A stretch of DNA of 64,000 nt, taken from positions 32,643-96,642 of the forward strand of contig NZ_JAYESI010000001.1 in assembly GCF_041903675.1 (NCBI RefSeq), given 5' to 3'. The DNA comes from Corallococcus sp. RDP092CA. Lineage in GTDB: Bacteria; Myxococcota; Myxococcia; Myxococcales; Myxococcaceae. The notes under the pieces are model-generated. The model made no database searches, was not told the origin of the DNA, and saw only the letters and a program-made list of their open reading frames with translations. Of this stretch, positions 21,428 through 30,862 are shown piece by piece; position 1 is the stretch's first letter; each line of letters begins with the position of its first letter. Made by a program: the position numbers and the translations under genes.

Positions 21428-22318
21428 CTACCTGGGTTCGCCCATGACCTCCATCGTGTGCCTGAGCCGCTCCAGACCCAGGCGCACCAGGGCGCCGCGC
21501 AGGTCGGGCTGGCCCAGGAAGGCCTTCTTGAACACGTCGCGCTCCAGCTTGAGGAGCGTGCAGGGCGTCACGGTGCGCACCGTGGCGGTGGCCAGGCGGC
21601 TGCGCAGCAGGGAGATCTCCCCGAACAGGGCCCCTTCCTCCAGCTTGGGGTAGGCGGACTGGCGGCCGTCGCCGTGCGTGTGGAAGACCTCGCACTGGCC
21701 CCGGATGAGGACGTAGAGCGCGTCGCCCGGCTGGCCCCGGGTGAGCAGCGTCTCGCCCGCGGGAACGGTGCAGGGGACGAAGGCATCTCCCAGGTCGTGC
21801 TGCACGTCCGGGGGCAGCGCGGCGATGAGCGGGTTGCTGCGCAGGGCGTCCGCGAGCAGGCGCTCCCGGGCGGTGACCTGCATCTGCTCTCCCTTCACGC
21901 CATAGTCCTTGCCCAGCTCCCGGACGCCCGCCTGGGTGAGCTCCAGCAGCACGGCGTCCTCCACCGTGACGATGGTGGCGGTGCGCTGCGTGCCGGTGAG
22001 CAGCGCCAGCTCCCCGAAGAACTCACCGGCCCCCAGGCGGCCGACCTCCGTGTTGACGCCGTTGTCGCTGCCGCGAAGCACCGCGACGCGGCCCTCCAGC
22101 ACGACGAACATCGAGTGCCCCGGGTCTCCCTCGCGCACCACCACCTGGCCCGCGGGCAGGTAGCGCGTACAGACGGGAGGCGCGGACGCGGTGTCTGCTT
22201 CCACGGGGGCGCTCGTCGCCTGAGGCGCGGCGGAGGCCGCGGGCGTCCGCGAGGCGTCAGGAGCCGGGGCGGACGGGTGGGCGGACAGCAGGGCCTGCAG
22301 GCGCGCGAACAGGGACAT
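21428..22318 (-). CDS. Protein with two cyclic-nucleotide-binding (cNMP/CAP-effector) domains.
   Basis: Two copies of the cNMP-binding core (FFGELALLTGTQRTATIVT and LFGEISLLRSRLATATVRT). Confidence 0.8.
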   Translation of the reverse strand: MSLFARLQALLSAHPSAPAPDASRTPAASAAPQATSAPVEADTASAPPVCTRYLPAGQVVVREGDPGHSMFVVLEGRVAVLRGSDNGVNTEVGRLGAGEFFGELALLTGTQRTATIVTVEDAVLLELTQAGVRELGKDYGVKGEQMQVTARERLLADALRSNPLIAALPPDVQHDLGDAFVPCTVPAGETLLTRGQPGDALYVLIRGQCEVFHTHGDGRQSAYPKLEEGALFGEISLLRSRLATATVRTVTPCTLLKLERDVFKKAFLGQPDLRGALVRLGLERLRHTMEVMGEPR

Positions 22319-22522
22319 GGTGCGCAAATGCTACTGAGCCGCCAGGGCGGAAACTGTGAAGCGCTTCACAGGCACCCGATAGGGTGTCTGGAAAGGCAGT
22401 CAGGCAGCCTTGAGCAGGGATTGACGGACGTCCAATGCGTCTGGGTTTCGCCTGCCTGGCGCGGGACGCCGGACGCCGGGGGATGGCGTGGGCGAACCGG
22501 GGCATCCTACAGTTCCGGACCC

Positions 22523-23518
22523 ATGGGAGACACGCTCGACGTCGTGGTGGACCTGGGGGATGTGGGAGAGACGGCGGCGGACGCCGTGCTGCTGAAGTAC
22601 GCGCAGGGCTTCCACGGGGCGGACGGCGCGGTGGCGCGCCGGCTGGAGGGGGCGGGGGTCGTCATGGGCGCCTTCGACCTGCTTCCCGGGGACCACCGCT
22701 TCATCGACACGCGGCGGAGCCTGGCCGCGCCGGTGGTGCTCTTCCTGGGCACGGTGCGCCTGCGGCAGTTCGGCTATCACGAGATCCGCCAGTTCTCCGT
22801 GCGCGCGCTCCAGCTGCTGGAGCCCCGGCACGACGTGCGTCACCTCGCGTGCACGGTGCATGGCCCCAACTACGGGCTGGACGAGGACGAGGCCGTGCTG
22901 GCGCTGGTGGGCGGCTTCGTGGACGCGTTCCAGCGCGGCAGCGGCCCGCGCGACCTGGAGCGCATCACGGTGGTGGAGCTGAACCCCAAGCGCGTGGAGC
23001 GGCTGCGCAAGGCGTTGGCGCTGGGGCTGGGGCTCACGCCGGGCGTGGAGCCGCTGATGGGGGCCACGGGCTTCCGGGTCCGGCGGACCTCCCGCTTCGT
23101 CCAGGCGCCGCCCATGGCCTCCGCGGGCGCGAACTCCAACGAGAAGCCCCATGCCTTCGTGGCGATGCCCTTCGCGCAGGAGCTGGAGGACACGTACCAC
23201 TACGGCATCCTGAACCCCGTGAAGGCGGCCGGGCTCCTCTGCGAGCGGGTGGACCAGGCCACCTTCGACGGCCCCATCATCCAGCGCATCCGGGACCGCA
23301 TCGACACCGCGAAGGTCGTCATCGCGGACCTGTCGCTGGCGAACCCCAATGTCTATCTGGAGGTGGGCTATGCCTGGGGACGCGGCAAGCCCACCCTGCT
23401 GCTGGTTCGCGACGTGAAGGAGCTGCGCTTCGACGTGTCCAGCTACCGGTGCCTCGTCTACCGGAACATCCGGCACCTGGAGGAGGTGCTGACGCAGGAG
23501 CTGAGGCGCATCGCCTGA
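22523..23518 (+). CDS. Two-domain protein: an N-terminal macro-like domain (tentative) and a C-terminal nucleoside 2-deoxyribosyltransferase-like Rossmann domain.
   Basis: C-terminus HAFVAMPF...VVIADLSLANPNVYLEVGYAWGRGKPTLLL fits the Nuc_deoxyrib_tr-like E-x-G-x-A-x-G-K-P motif. The N-terminus (VVVDLGDVGETAADAVL...VHGPNYG) is weakly macro-like. The upstream part of the 705-aa ORF overlaps the cNMP gene and is discarded. Confidence 0.55.
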   Translation: MGDTLDVVVDLGDVGETAADAVLLKYAQGFHGADGAVARRLEGAGVVMGAFDLLPGDHRFIDTRRSLAAPVVLFLGTVRLRQFGYHEIRQFSVRALQLLEPRHDVRHLACTVHGPNYGLDEDEAVLALVGGFVDAFQRGSGPRDLERITVVELNPKRVERLRKALALGLGLTPGVEPLMGATGFRVRRTSRFVQAPPMASAGANSNEKPHAFVAMPFAQELEDTYHYGILNPVKAAGLLCERVDQATFDGPIIQRIRDRIDTAKVVIADLSLANPNVYLEVGYAWGRGKPTLLLVRDVKELRFDVSSYRCLVYRNIRHLEEVLTQELRRIA

Positions 23519-23528
23519 AGGTCCGGGC

Positions 23529-24614
23529 TCACCAGCCTCGCGCCGCGACCTCCCACGTCGCCACGCCTACGTCGCCCCGAACGACGTGCAGGCGCGGGTG
23601 CTGGGGGACGGAAACACAGACATGGTTGGGCACCACACGCACCCGGTCGCCGATGCGCGGGCGCCACGCCGTGCCGGACACGTCCAGCAGGCCGTGCTCC
23701 TCCGACAGGTTCTTCACCACGACCTCCGGCCGGTCCAGCAGGACGCCGTAGCCCGGGGCGAGCCCCTCCTCCTTCACCAGCGCCTTCGCCCCCGCGTCGA
23801 TGACCACCTGTCCCGGCACGGCGGTGCTCACCACGGTGGCCAGCACGGAATAGGCACACTCCCTCCAATCACATGCACCGATGACGGCGGCGTTGCGGTC
23901 GTTGAGCGCGTTGAGGCCGGGGCGGATCTCCGTGAGCCCCTTCACCGTATGGGATTGCCAGAGGGTGGGGGTGGAGCCACCGCTGACGACCTCCGGCGGA
24001 AGGCCCGCGCGCTCCAGGGCATCCACGAACGTCGCCAGCGCTTCCGTCTGGGCGGTCATCACGGCGGGCAGCTCCGCCTGCGGGACGCGGATGTGGCCCG
24101 CGTAGAACGTCAGTCCACGGAACGCCACGCCGGCTGTGGACGCCGCCGCGTGGGCCAGGGCCACGGTCTCGTCCGGCGTGCGCACCCCCACGCGGCGCAT
24201 GCCCAGGTCCACCTCCACGAGCACTCCCACGGTGCGCCCCGCGTCCCGGGCCGCGCGCGCCAGTCCCTCCAGCACCTCGCGGGAGTCCAGCGCCACGGTG
24301 AGCCGTACGCGCGAGGGCAGCGCCATCAGCCGCGCCAGCTTGCGCGCTCCCACCGGGGGGTACGCGAGCAGCACGTCGTCGGACACGGAGGCCATGACCT
24401 CCGCCTCCAGGACGGTGGCCACCGTGACGCCGGAGGCTCCCGCCGCGACCTGCATCGCGCCCAGCTCCGCCGTCTTGTGCGTCTTGGTGTGGGGGCGCCA
24501 GCGCAGGCCGTGCTCGCGGGCGTAGGCGGCGACGCGCTGGAGGTTCCGCTCCACGCGGTCCAGGTCCACGAGGGGCGCGGGCGTGTCGAGGGTGTCGAGG
24601 AAGGTCGAGGCCAT
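23529..24614 (-). CDS. Alanine-racemase-fold PLP enzyme, DSD1/D-threonine-aldolase-like.
   Basis: N-terminal TIM-barrel PLP region (PHTKTHKTAELGAMQ) and a C-terminal beta domain. Architecture fits the D-serine dehydratase-like family. Confidence 0.7.
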   Translation of the reverse strand: MASTFLDTLDTPAPLVDLDRVERNLQRVAAYAREHGLRWRPHTKTHKTAELGAMQVAAGASGVTVATVLEAEVMASVSDDVLLAYPPVGARKLARLMALPSRVRLTVALDSREVLEGLARAARDAGRTVGVLVEVDLGMRRVGVRTPDETVALAHAAASTAGVAFRGLTFYAGHIRVPQAELPAVMTAQTEALATFVDALERAGLPPEVVSGGSTPTLWQSHTVKGLTEIRPGLNALNDRNAAVIGACDWRECAYSVLATVVSTAVPGQVVIDAGAKALVKEEGLAPGYGVLLDRPEVVVKNLSEEHGLLDVSGTAWRPRIGDRVRVVPNHVCVSVPQHPRLHVVRGDVGVATWEVAARGW

Positions 24615-24689
24615 GCGGCGCATGCTGGCACCGCGCGTCCCGACCCGTCACACGAATCCCGCTCGACGTGTGGCGGCGAACGGCCTGCG

Positions 24690-25118
24690 CTACTGCGGCG
24701 TCGCGGGCTCGAAGCTCACCGTGGGCCGCTGCCAGCTCCAGCCGCCGCCCTTCAGCGCCTCCGTCGCCTGCTCATCCAACAAGCGCAGCGCCGCGAGCAC
24801 ATCCGCGGGCGGGCGGGGGGCTCCCGGGGCGCTCTCCACCTCGAAGCGCGGGGGAATGCCGGCGGCGTCCCGGCCGCCCATCACCACGCGCACGCGGCAG
24901 TTCTGCGGCGACAGCTCCGTCTCTCCGGACCAGGACACGTCCTGGACGAAGAGGTCCACCGTGCCCGTGGCCTTCTGGCCCTTCAGCCGCGTCACCACCG
25001 CGTCCAGGGAGCCCTTCGCGCGCTCGTTCCGCTTCCGTCCGAGGCGGGTGAGCGTCCACCAGGCGAGGCCGCCCGCGACGACGGGCGACAGGATGAAGTA
25101 GGGGATGAGCGGACTCAT
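24690..25118 (-). CDS. Hypothetical membrane-anchored protein.
   Basis: N-terminal TM (LIPYFILSPVVAGGLAWW). Otherwise unknown. Confidence 0.4.
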   Translation of the reverse strand: MSPLIPYFILSPVVAGGLAWWTLTRLGRKRNERAKGSLDAVVTRLKGQKATGTVDLFVQDVSWSGETELSPQNCRVRVVMGGRDAAGIPPRFEVESAPGAPRPPADVLAALRLLDEQATEALKGGGWSWQRPTVSFEPATPQ

Positions 25119-25203
25119 GGGGCGGCAGGCTGCCACGAAACGCGGAAGAAGAAACGCCCGTCCCGAGCACCAGGCTCACGGGACGGGCGCGTGGGAAGCA
25201 CGG

Positions 25204-27384
25204 CTACTGCGGCGAGGGCGCGACGACCTTCTTCGTCGCGTTGGGCTTGTACGTCATGCCCAGCTCGTTGAAGACGAAGGAGTAGACGTCCACCTCCTCC
25301 TCGATGCGCGCGGACAGCGGCGTGCCCATGCCGTGGCCCGTCTCCGCGTTGGCGCGCAGCAGGACGGGCTTGGGGGACGCCGTCGCAGCCTGCATCCGGG
25401 CCACCATCTTGCGCGAGTGGAACGGATCCACGCGCGGGTCATTGGCCCCGGAGGTGAACAGCACCGACGGGTACTTCGTCCCGTCCTTCACGCGGTGCAG
25501 CGGCGAATAGCCATACAGCGCCTTGAACTGCTCCGGGTCCTTCACCGAGCCGTACTCGGTGATGTTGAACTGGCCGTTGGGCGTCAGCTCCGTGCGCAGC
25601 ATGTCGTAGATGCCCACGCGCGCCACCACCGCGCCGTACTGCTCCGGGTGCTGCGTCAGGGCCGCGCCCATCAGCAGGCCGCCGTTGCTGCCGCCCTGGA
25701 TGGCCAGCTTCCTGGGCTGCGTGTACTTCTGGTCCACCAGCAGCTTCGCGCAGGCATAGAAGTCATCGAACACGTTCTGCTTGTTCGTGAGCGAGCCGGC
25801 CTTGTGCCACTCCTCGCCGAACTCCGAGCCGCCGCGCAGGTTCGCCACCGCGAACACGCCGCCCTGCTCCAGCCACATGCCCGTCAGCGGGTTGTACGCC
25901 GGGCTGATGGAGATGTTGAAGCCTCCGTAGCCGGTGAGCCACGCGGGGTTGTTCCCGTTCAGCTTCGTGCCCTTCTTCTTCAGGATGGTGAGCGGCACCT
26001 TGGTGCCGTCCTTCGACGTGGCCTCCGTGCGCACCACCTCCACGTCGCTCATGTCGATGGGCGCCGTGCGCGCCAGCGCCGTCTTCGTCACCTTGCCGTC
26101 CGCCGCCGAGTAGCGGAACCACGCGGCTGGCTGGGTGAAGCTGCCGTTGATGAAGAGCACGTCGTCTGCGCCCTGGCGCACCAGGCCGCCCACCGCCGAC
26201 ACCGGCAGCGTGGGCACCAGGCCCAGCGCCTTGCCGGTCAGGTCCACCATGCGCAGCTGCGACGGGCCGCCCAGCTGCTCCAGCAGGTACAGGCGGCTCT
26301 TCGTGGGCACCACGGCCTGCACCGTCGCCTGCCCCTCGGGGACGACCACCGTGGCCTTGTCCAGCGTGGGCGTGGCCAGCGGCAGGCGCAGCACCTTGCC
26401 GCGCGAAGCGTCCTTGCGGCTGAGCAGGTACGCCGCGCCGTCGCTGCCGAAGCGCGCCGCCACCACCTTGTCCGCGTACTTCGCCACCTGCGTCCAGGTG
26501 CCCTTGGGGCCGTGCAGGTACAGGTCGTACTCGCCGCCGTCGCCGTTGGCCACGCGCGCGAAGGTGTACTGGCCGTCGTCGCTGGACTCCAGCTCCGTCA
26601 TCGCGATGCGCGGGAAGTCCTTGCCCAGCGCGTACGTGTCCTTCTCCGTGGGCGTGCCCAGCGCGTGGAAGTACACCTGCTGGTACACCTCTCGGTCCAC
26701 GGGCGGGCGCTCCTCGCCGCGCGGATAGCGCGTGTAGAAGAAGCCCGTGCCCTGCGCGTTCCACGAGAGGCTGCCGCCCGCCGTGCCGCCGTTGACGCGA
26801 GGCACGAGCTCGTTGGGCATCGCCTTCGCCGTGGCCACGTCCCACACCGTGACGTCACCGCTCTCCGTGCCGCCCTTGGACATGGACACGGCGACCTTCT
26901 TGCCGTCGTGCGACAGCTGGAACCAGTCGATGGTCGTCTTCCCGGAGGTGTCCACCTGCGTGGGGTCCACCAGCACGCGCTCCTTGGACGTGTCGTCCAG
27001 CGAGCCCACCACGACGAGCGAGGGCTGCTGCTTGGGCGGCTGGAACTTCAGCCCCAGGAGCGTGCCGCCCTGCTCATCCAGGCCGCCGTAGGCGGGCGAC
27101 TTCCAGGACAGCAGCTCCGTGATGCGCTGGCGCAGCGGCTCGCGGCCGGGCAGCTTGTCCAGGTACGCGCGCGTGTAGGCGTTCTGCGCGTCCGTCCACT
27201 GCTGCACCTGGGGGTCGGTCGCGGACTCCATCCACTGGTACGGGTCCGTCACGGCGGTGCCGTGGTAGGTCGTCTCCACGGGCCGCTTCTCCGCGGCGGC
27301 GGGCTTCGCGGGCGCCTTGCCCGCGGCGCCCGCCACGAGCGGCAGCAGCAGCGCGGCGGTCGTCACTGCGATTCTGGACTTCAT
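25204..27384 (-). CDS. Prolyl oligopeptidase (S9A), secreted.
   Basis: Signal peptide. Beta-propeller, then an alpha/beta hydrolase with the GGSNGG nucleophile elbow. N-terminus TYHGTAVTDPYQWME is typical of POP. Confidence 0.9.
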   Translation of the reverse strand: MKSRIAVTTAALLLPLVAGAAGKAPAKPAAAEKRPVETTYHGTAVTDPYQWMESATDPQVQQWTDAQNAYTRAYLDKLPGREPLRQRITELLSWKSPAYGGLDEQGGTLLGLKFQPPKQQPSLVVVGSLDDTSKERVLVDPTQVDTSGKTTIDWFQLSHDGKKVAVSMSKGGTESGDVTVWDVATAKAMPNELVPRVNGGTAGGSLSWNAQGTGFFYTRYPRGEERPPVDREVYQQVYFHALGTPTEKDTYALGKDFPRIAMTELESSDDGQYTFARVANGDGGEYDLYLHGPKGTWTQVAKYADKVVAARFGSDGAAYLLSRKDASRGKVLRLPLATPTLDKATVVVPEGQATVQAVVPTKSRLYLLEQLGGPSQLRMVDLTGKALGLVPTLPVSAVGGLVRQGADDVLFINGSFTQPAAWFRYSAADGKVTKTALARTAPIDMSDVEVVRTEATSKDGTKVPLTILKKKGTKLNGNNPAWLTGYGGFNISISPAYNPLTGMWLEQGGVFAVANLRGGSEFGEEWHKAGSLTNKQNVFDDFYACAKLLVDQKYTQPRKLAIQGGSNGGLLMGAALTQHPEQYGAVVARVGIYDMLRTELTPNGQFNITEYGSVKDPEQFKALYGYSPLHRVKDGTKYPSVLFTSGANDPRVDPFHSRKMVARMQAATASPKPVLLRANAETGHGMGTPLSARIEEEVDVYSFVFNELGMTYKPNATKKVVAPSPQ

Positions 27385-27421
27385 GGTTCACCTCGCGTGC
27401 GGGTGTTCCCCTGCGGGACGC

Positions 27422-28909
27422 TCATCGCAGGGGCAGCTCCACCAGGGCGGTGGAGAAGGTGTCGAAGGTCTCGTTGGCGGTGGGCTTCGTGCCCTCGTCC
27501 ATGTTGCCGAGCATCAGCGCGAAGACGACGCGCGGGTGCTCCGGGTCGTTCGGCCGCTCCGCCACGCCCACGAAGCACTTCTGGCCCGTGAGCGTGCCCG
27601 TCTTCGCGCGGATGCGGCCGGAGGTGGACTGCGTCGTCTTGCGGCCCGCCAGCGTCCCGTCCACGCCCAGCACCGGCAGGCTCTCCAACAGCGCGGCGCC
27701 GTAGGGCTCCTGGAGGCTGGTGAGCAGCACCCGCGCCATGCCCCGGGGCGTGGCCAGGTTGTAGCGGGACAGGCCGCTGCCATCCACCGGGCGCAGGTCC
27801 TTGGCGGGCACGCCCCGGCGCGCCAGCTCCGCGGCCAGGGCGGTGCGCAGCGCGGCGTAGCCCTCCTGGCCGGTGCGCTCGCGGGCGAAGCGCATGCCCA
27901 GCCGCTCCGCGTACAGGTTGAGGCTCTCCTTGTTCGTCGCGCGCACCAGCTCCGACAGGGGCGGGCTGATCAGCTCCACCAGCGGCGACGGCATGGGGGG
28001 CAGGGGCGGGGTGGGGGCCTCCAGCGACAGGGGCAGCCGCGAGACTCCGTGCCGCGCCAGCGCGTCATCCACGCACGCGGCCAAGAGCGCCTCCGGCGCG
28101 TCCACCGACAGCTTCACCGCGGCGGACTGGGGGCACGGCCCGCCCGACGGCGAGCGCCAGGTGCAGCGCACGCCGCCACCGCCGCGCACGCAGGCCAGGT
28201 TCGTGCGCTCGGCGTTGACGTCCACGCTCACCACCGCCGCCAGCGTGGCGAAGGTGGGGTTCCACTGGACGGCAGGGGCGTCCGCGCAGGTGGCGCCGGG
28301 GGCGCGCGACAGCGCCAGGTCCACCACGTTCTCGCGGAAGACGAAGGGCGTGGGCGCGGCGCTGTAGGCATAGGCCGCGTCGTCCCAGGCCCAGCCCGGG
28401 CCCAGCCCGCCGTCCACGCCGTCCGTGCCGGAGATGCGCACGCTGCCGCGCCACTGGTGGATGCCGCGCGCCTGGAAGGCCTCGGCGATGCGGTCGCACG
28501 CGAGCGCCGTCTCCGGGAAGCGCCACGAGCCCAGCGACGGGTCTCCGGACGCCTGCGCCACCACGTCGCCCAGGAACAGGCCTCCGGTCTGCGAGCCCTC
28601 CAGGAACACCGGCGTCACGAAGCGGAAGTCCGCTCCCAGCGCGGACAGCGCGGCGGAGGTGGACACCACCTTCATCGTGGACGCGGGCAGCAGCCGCACG
28701 TTCTCGCGGTGGGTGAAGAGGGGCTCGCCGGTGCGCGCGTCCACCACGGACGCGCCCGCGAGCGCGCCGTCCGCCTCCAGCGTCTCCAGCAGGGCCCGGG
28801 TCACCCCGGAGAGGGTGTCGCGCGGGGCGCCCTCCGGCGTGGTGGGCGTGTGGGTGCAGGCGGACAGGCAGAGGGCGACGACGCTGGCGGGCAGGGGTGC
28901 GCGGCGCAT
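27422..28909 (-). CDS. D-alanyl-D-alanine carboxypeptidase/endopeptidase (PBP4/DacB, S13), lipoprotein.
   Basis: Lipobox LCLSAC. STMK active-site motif (LPASTMKVVSTSAALSALG). Length ~495 aa. Confidence 0.8.
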   Translation of the reverse strand: MRRAPLPASVVALCLSACTHTPTTPEGAPRDTLSGVTRALLETLEADGALAGASVVDARTGEPLFTHRENVRLLPASTMKVVSTSAALSALGADFRFVTPVFLEGSQTGGLFLGDVVAQASGDPSLGSWRFPETALACDRIAEAFQARGIHQWRGSVRISGTDGVDGGLGPGWAWDDAAYAYSAAPTPFVFRENVVDLALSRAPGATCADAPAVQWNPTFATLAAVVSVDVNAERTNLACVRGGGGVRCTWRSPSGGPCPQSAAVKLSVDAPEALLAACVDDALARHGVSRLPLSLEAPTPPLPPMPSPLVELISPPLSELVRATNKESLNLYAERLGMRFARERTGQEGYAALRTALAAELARRGVPAKDLRPVDGSGLSRYNLATPRGMARVLLTSLQEPYGAALLESLPVLGVDGTLAGRKTTQSTSGRIRAKTGTLTGQKCFVGVAERPNDPEHPRVVFALMLGNMDEGTKPTANETFDTFSTALVELPLR

Positions 28910-29099
28910 GGCGGCGGCCACCGTATGTCGCGTGCCAGGGAGTGTCATGGATTCCCGCCAGCGGGGTGGGGCGGAGGCGTGCACGGTTGGACGGCGCGCG
29001 GGCAAACGGCCCCGCGCGAGGGCTATTCCCGGCCCGCGTCGTCCAGCCACACCGAGTGCCTTGACGCGGCGTCACAGGCCCCCCATCCTGCCGCGCCCC

Positions 29100-29750
29100 A
29101 TGCCTGTCCTACGTGGTGCCGTGACCTTTTCGCGCTTCCGGACCGAACCGGCCAAGGATGCGCCGTCCGACGTCAAGCGCTGGCTGACCAAGGGCCTCAA
29201 GTCCCATGCGTTCGAGCCCATCGACCGCCGCTCCGAGGAGGAGCGGTCCGCGGGCTTCGTGGAGCTGGAGAACCCCGAGTCCTCCGAGTTCGCGACCGGA
29301 AACCTCTTCTACGGCGAGTACGCCCTGTTCGCGTTCCGCATCGACACGCTGAAGGTGCCCGCGTCGATGATGAAGTCGGAGCTGGACAAGTGGGCCGCCG
29401 CCTTCGGCAAGGAGAACGGCCGGCCGCCCGCGCGCGCGGAGAAGAACAAGCAGCGCGCGGAGCTCAAGCAGCTCCTGCGTCAGCGGGCGGTGCCGCGCAC
29501 CAGCGTGCTGGACGTGACGTGGAACCTGAAGACGCACGCGGTGCAGGTCTGGGCCGCGTCGCGCAAGACGGTGGATGAGATCTGCGTGGCGCTGGAAGGC
29601 GCCCTGGCGGTGAAGGTGATTGGCATCACGCCCGCGTCCATGGCGCAGCGAGCGGGCATCGACGAGAAGGCCCTGGGCCCCACGGCGGAGCTCATTGGCA
29701 TGGACCTGCCGGCGACGGCTTCGGTGGAGGGCGCCCATGGCGAGGCGTGA
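29100..29750 (+). CDS. Hypothetical protein with a weakly RdgC-like N-terminus.
   Basis: ORF beginning AVTFSRFRTE... resembles the start of RdgC (FKNLMVYRL). Low confidence. The stop overlaps the next ATG. Confidence 0.4.
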   Translation: MPVLRGAVTFSRFRTEPAKDAPSDVKRWLTKGLKSHAFEPIDRRSEEERSAGFVELENPESSEFATGNLFYGEYALFAFRIDTLKVPASMMKSELDKWAAAFGKENGRPPARAEKNKQRAELKQLLRQRAVPRTSVLDVTWNLKTHAVQVWAASRKTVDEICVALEGALAVKVIGITPASMAQRAGIDEKALGPTAELIGMDLPATASVEGAHGEA

Positions 29751-30426
29751 GCAGGCGAGGGAAGAGGCGGCGTTCGCCCGGGGCGACGTGGGCGTGGACG
29801 GCGTCGCGACGGAGGAGGAGAAGGACGAGGCCGAGGTCGAGAAGGGCAAGGCGCGCGAACAGCTCCTGCGCGGCCGGGCCTACCTGGGCCGCGAGTTCAT
29901 GACGTGGCTCCTGTGGCGCTCCGAGTCGGGCGACCCGCTGGTCGAGTACGACGGCGCGGGCGTGGGGGTGCTCTTCCTGGGCAAGGTGGTGCTGCGCGGC
30001 GTGGCCGGCGACGTCACGGAGATGAGCGCCAAGGGTACGCTGGCGCCGTACTCGGAGAACGTGCGCCACTCGCTGGACCGGGGCCTCCTGGTGTCGCAGG
30101 CGCGGCTGCGCCTGTCGCACGGCGAGCGCGAATACGAAGTCACCCTGGATTCCGAGTTCCTGGACATCCGCGCCGCGAAGCTGCCCGCGCTCCTGACGGA
30201 GGAAGAGGATGATCAGCTCTCCGAGCGTCTGGAGTTGACGGAGCAGCTCTCCGCCATCGTGGACACGCTGGTGCAGGACTTCCTGGCCGTGCGCGCGGGC
30301 CGCGCCTGGAGCAAGCAGGTGGTGCCGGCGATGAAGGCATGGATGAAGGGCGAGGAGAAGGGGAGCGATGTGCTCTCCAAGGCCGCCCGCGCCCGGGGCC
30401 GCGACGCCCGCGCCGCGCGCGGCTGA
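29737..30426 (+). CDS. Hypothetical protein, translationally coupled to the previous gene.
   Basis: ATGGCGAGGCGTGA overlap. Acidic N-terminus. C-terminal LSERLELTEQLSAIVDTLVQDFL weakly resembles the RdgC C-terminus. Confidence 0.4.
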   Translation: MARREQAREEAAFARGDVGVDGVATEEEKDEAEVEKGKAREQLLRGRAYLGREFMTWLLWRSESGDPLVEYDGAGVGVLFLGKVVLRGVAGDVTEMSAKGTLAPYSENVRHSLDRGLLVSQARLRLSHGEREYEVTLDSEFLDIRAAKLPALLTEEEDDQLSERLELTEQLSAIVDTLVQDFLAVRAGRAWSKQVVPAMKAWMKGEEKGSDVLSKAARARGRDARAARG

Positions 30427-30862
30427 GCAGGAGATGGACTGGGGCGGCTGTCCGGGCCGGCAGGGCAGCTGTTCTCAGTCGGGAGGCAAGGTCACGGCGC
30501 CGTGCGCCCGCCGATGGCAGGGAAGCGCTCGTAGGCCCGCTGAAGCGCGTCCAGGTGGGCGGGATTGTCGTAATCGAGCGGTGCATCCGTGAGCTGCACG
30601 ATCCACCCGCCGGATGGAGTGCGTCGCGCCCTCGCGAGCAATTCGGCATCGCGAGCAGGATTGGGGAACCCGATGACCTCCGCGGCGGAAGCGGACCAGG
30701 CGTTCAGTCACGCCATGCGTTCCAGTCTGGAGCACCGCGCGCCGGATTGGCGCAAGCGTTCGCTCCAGTCCGGAGCAGCGCGGGCCTGTTCCAGGGCGGA
30801 GGGGCGAGGCACGGGACTCGCAATGACTCGCGGCTGAACCTCCCAGCCCGAGCAGGTGCCCC

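Noticed and set aside
21401-22522. The upstream 370 aa of the 705-aa plus-strand ORF.
   Set aside because: It overlaps the well-supported minus-strand cNMP-binding gene and is GC-noise-like. The gene was trimmed to the ATG at 22523.
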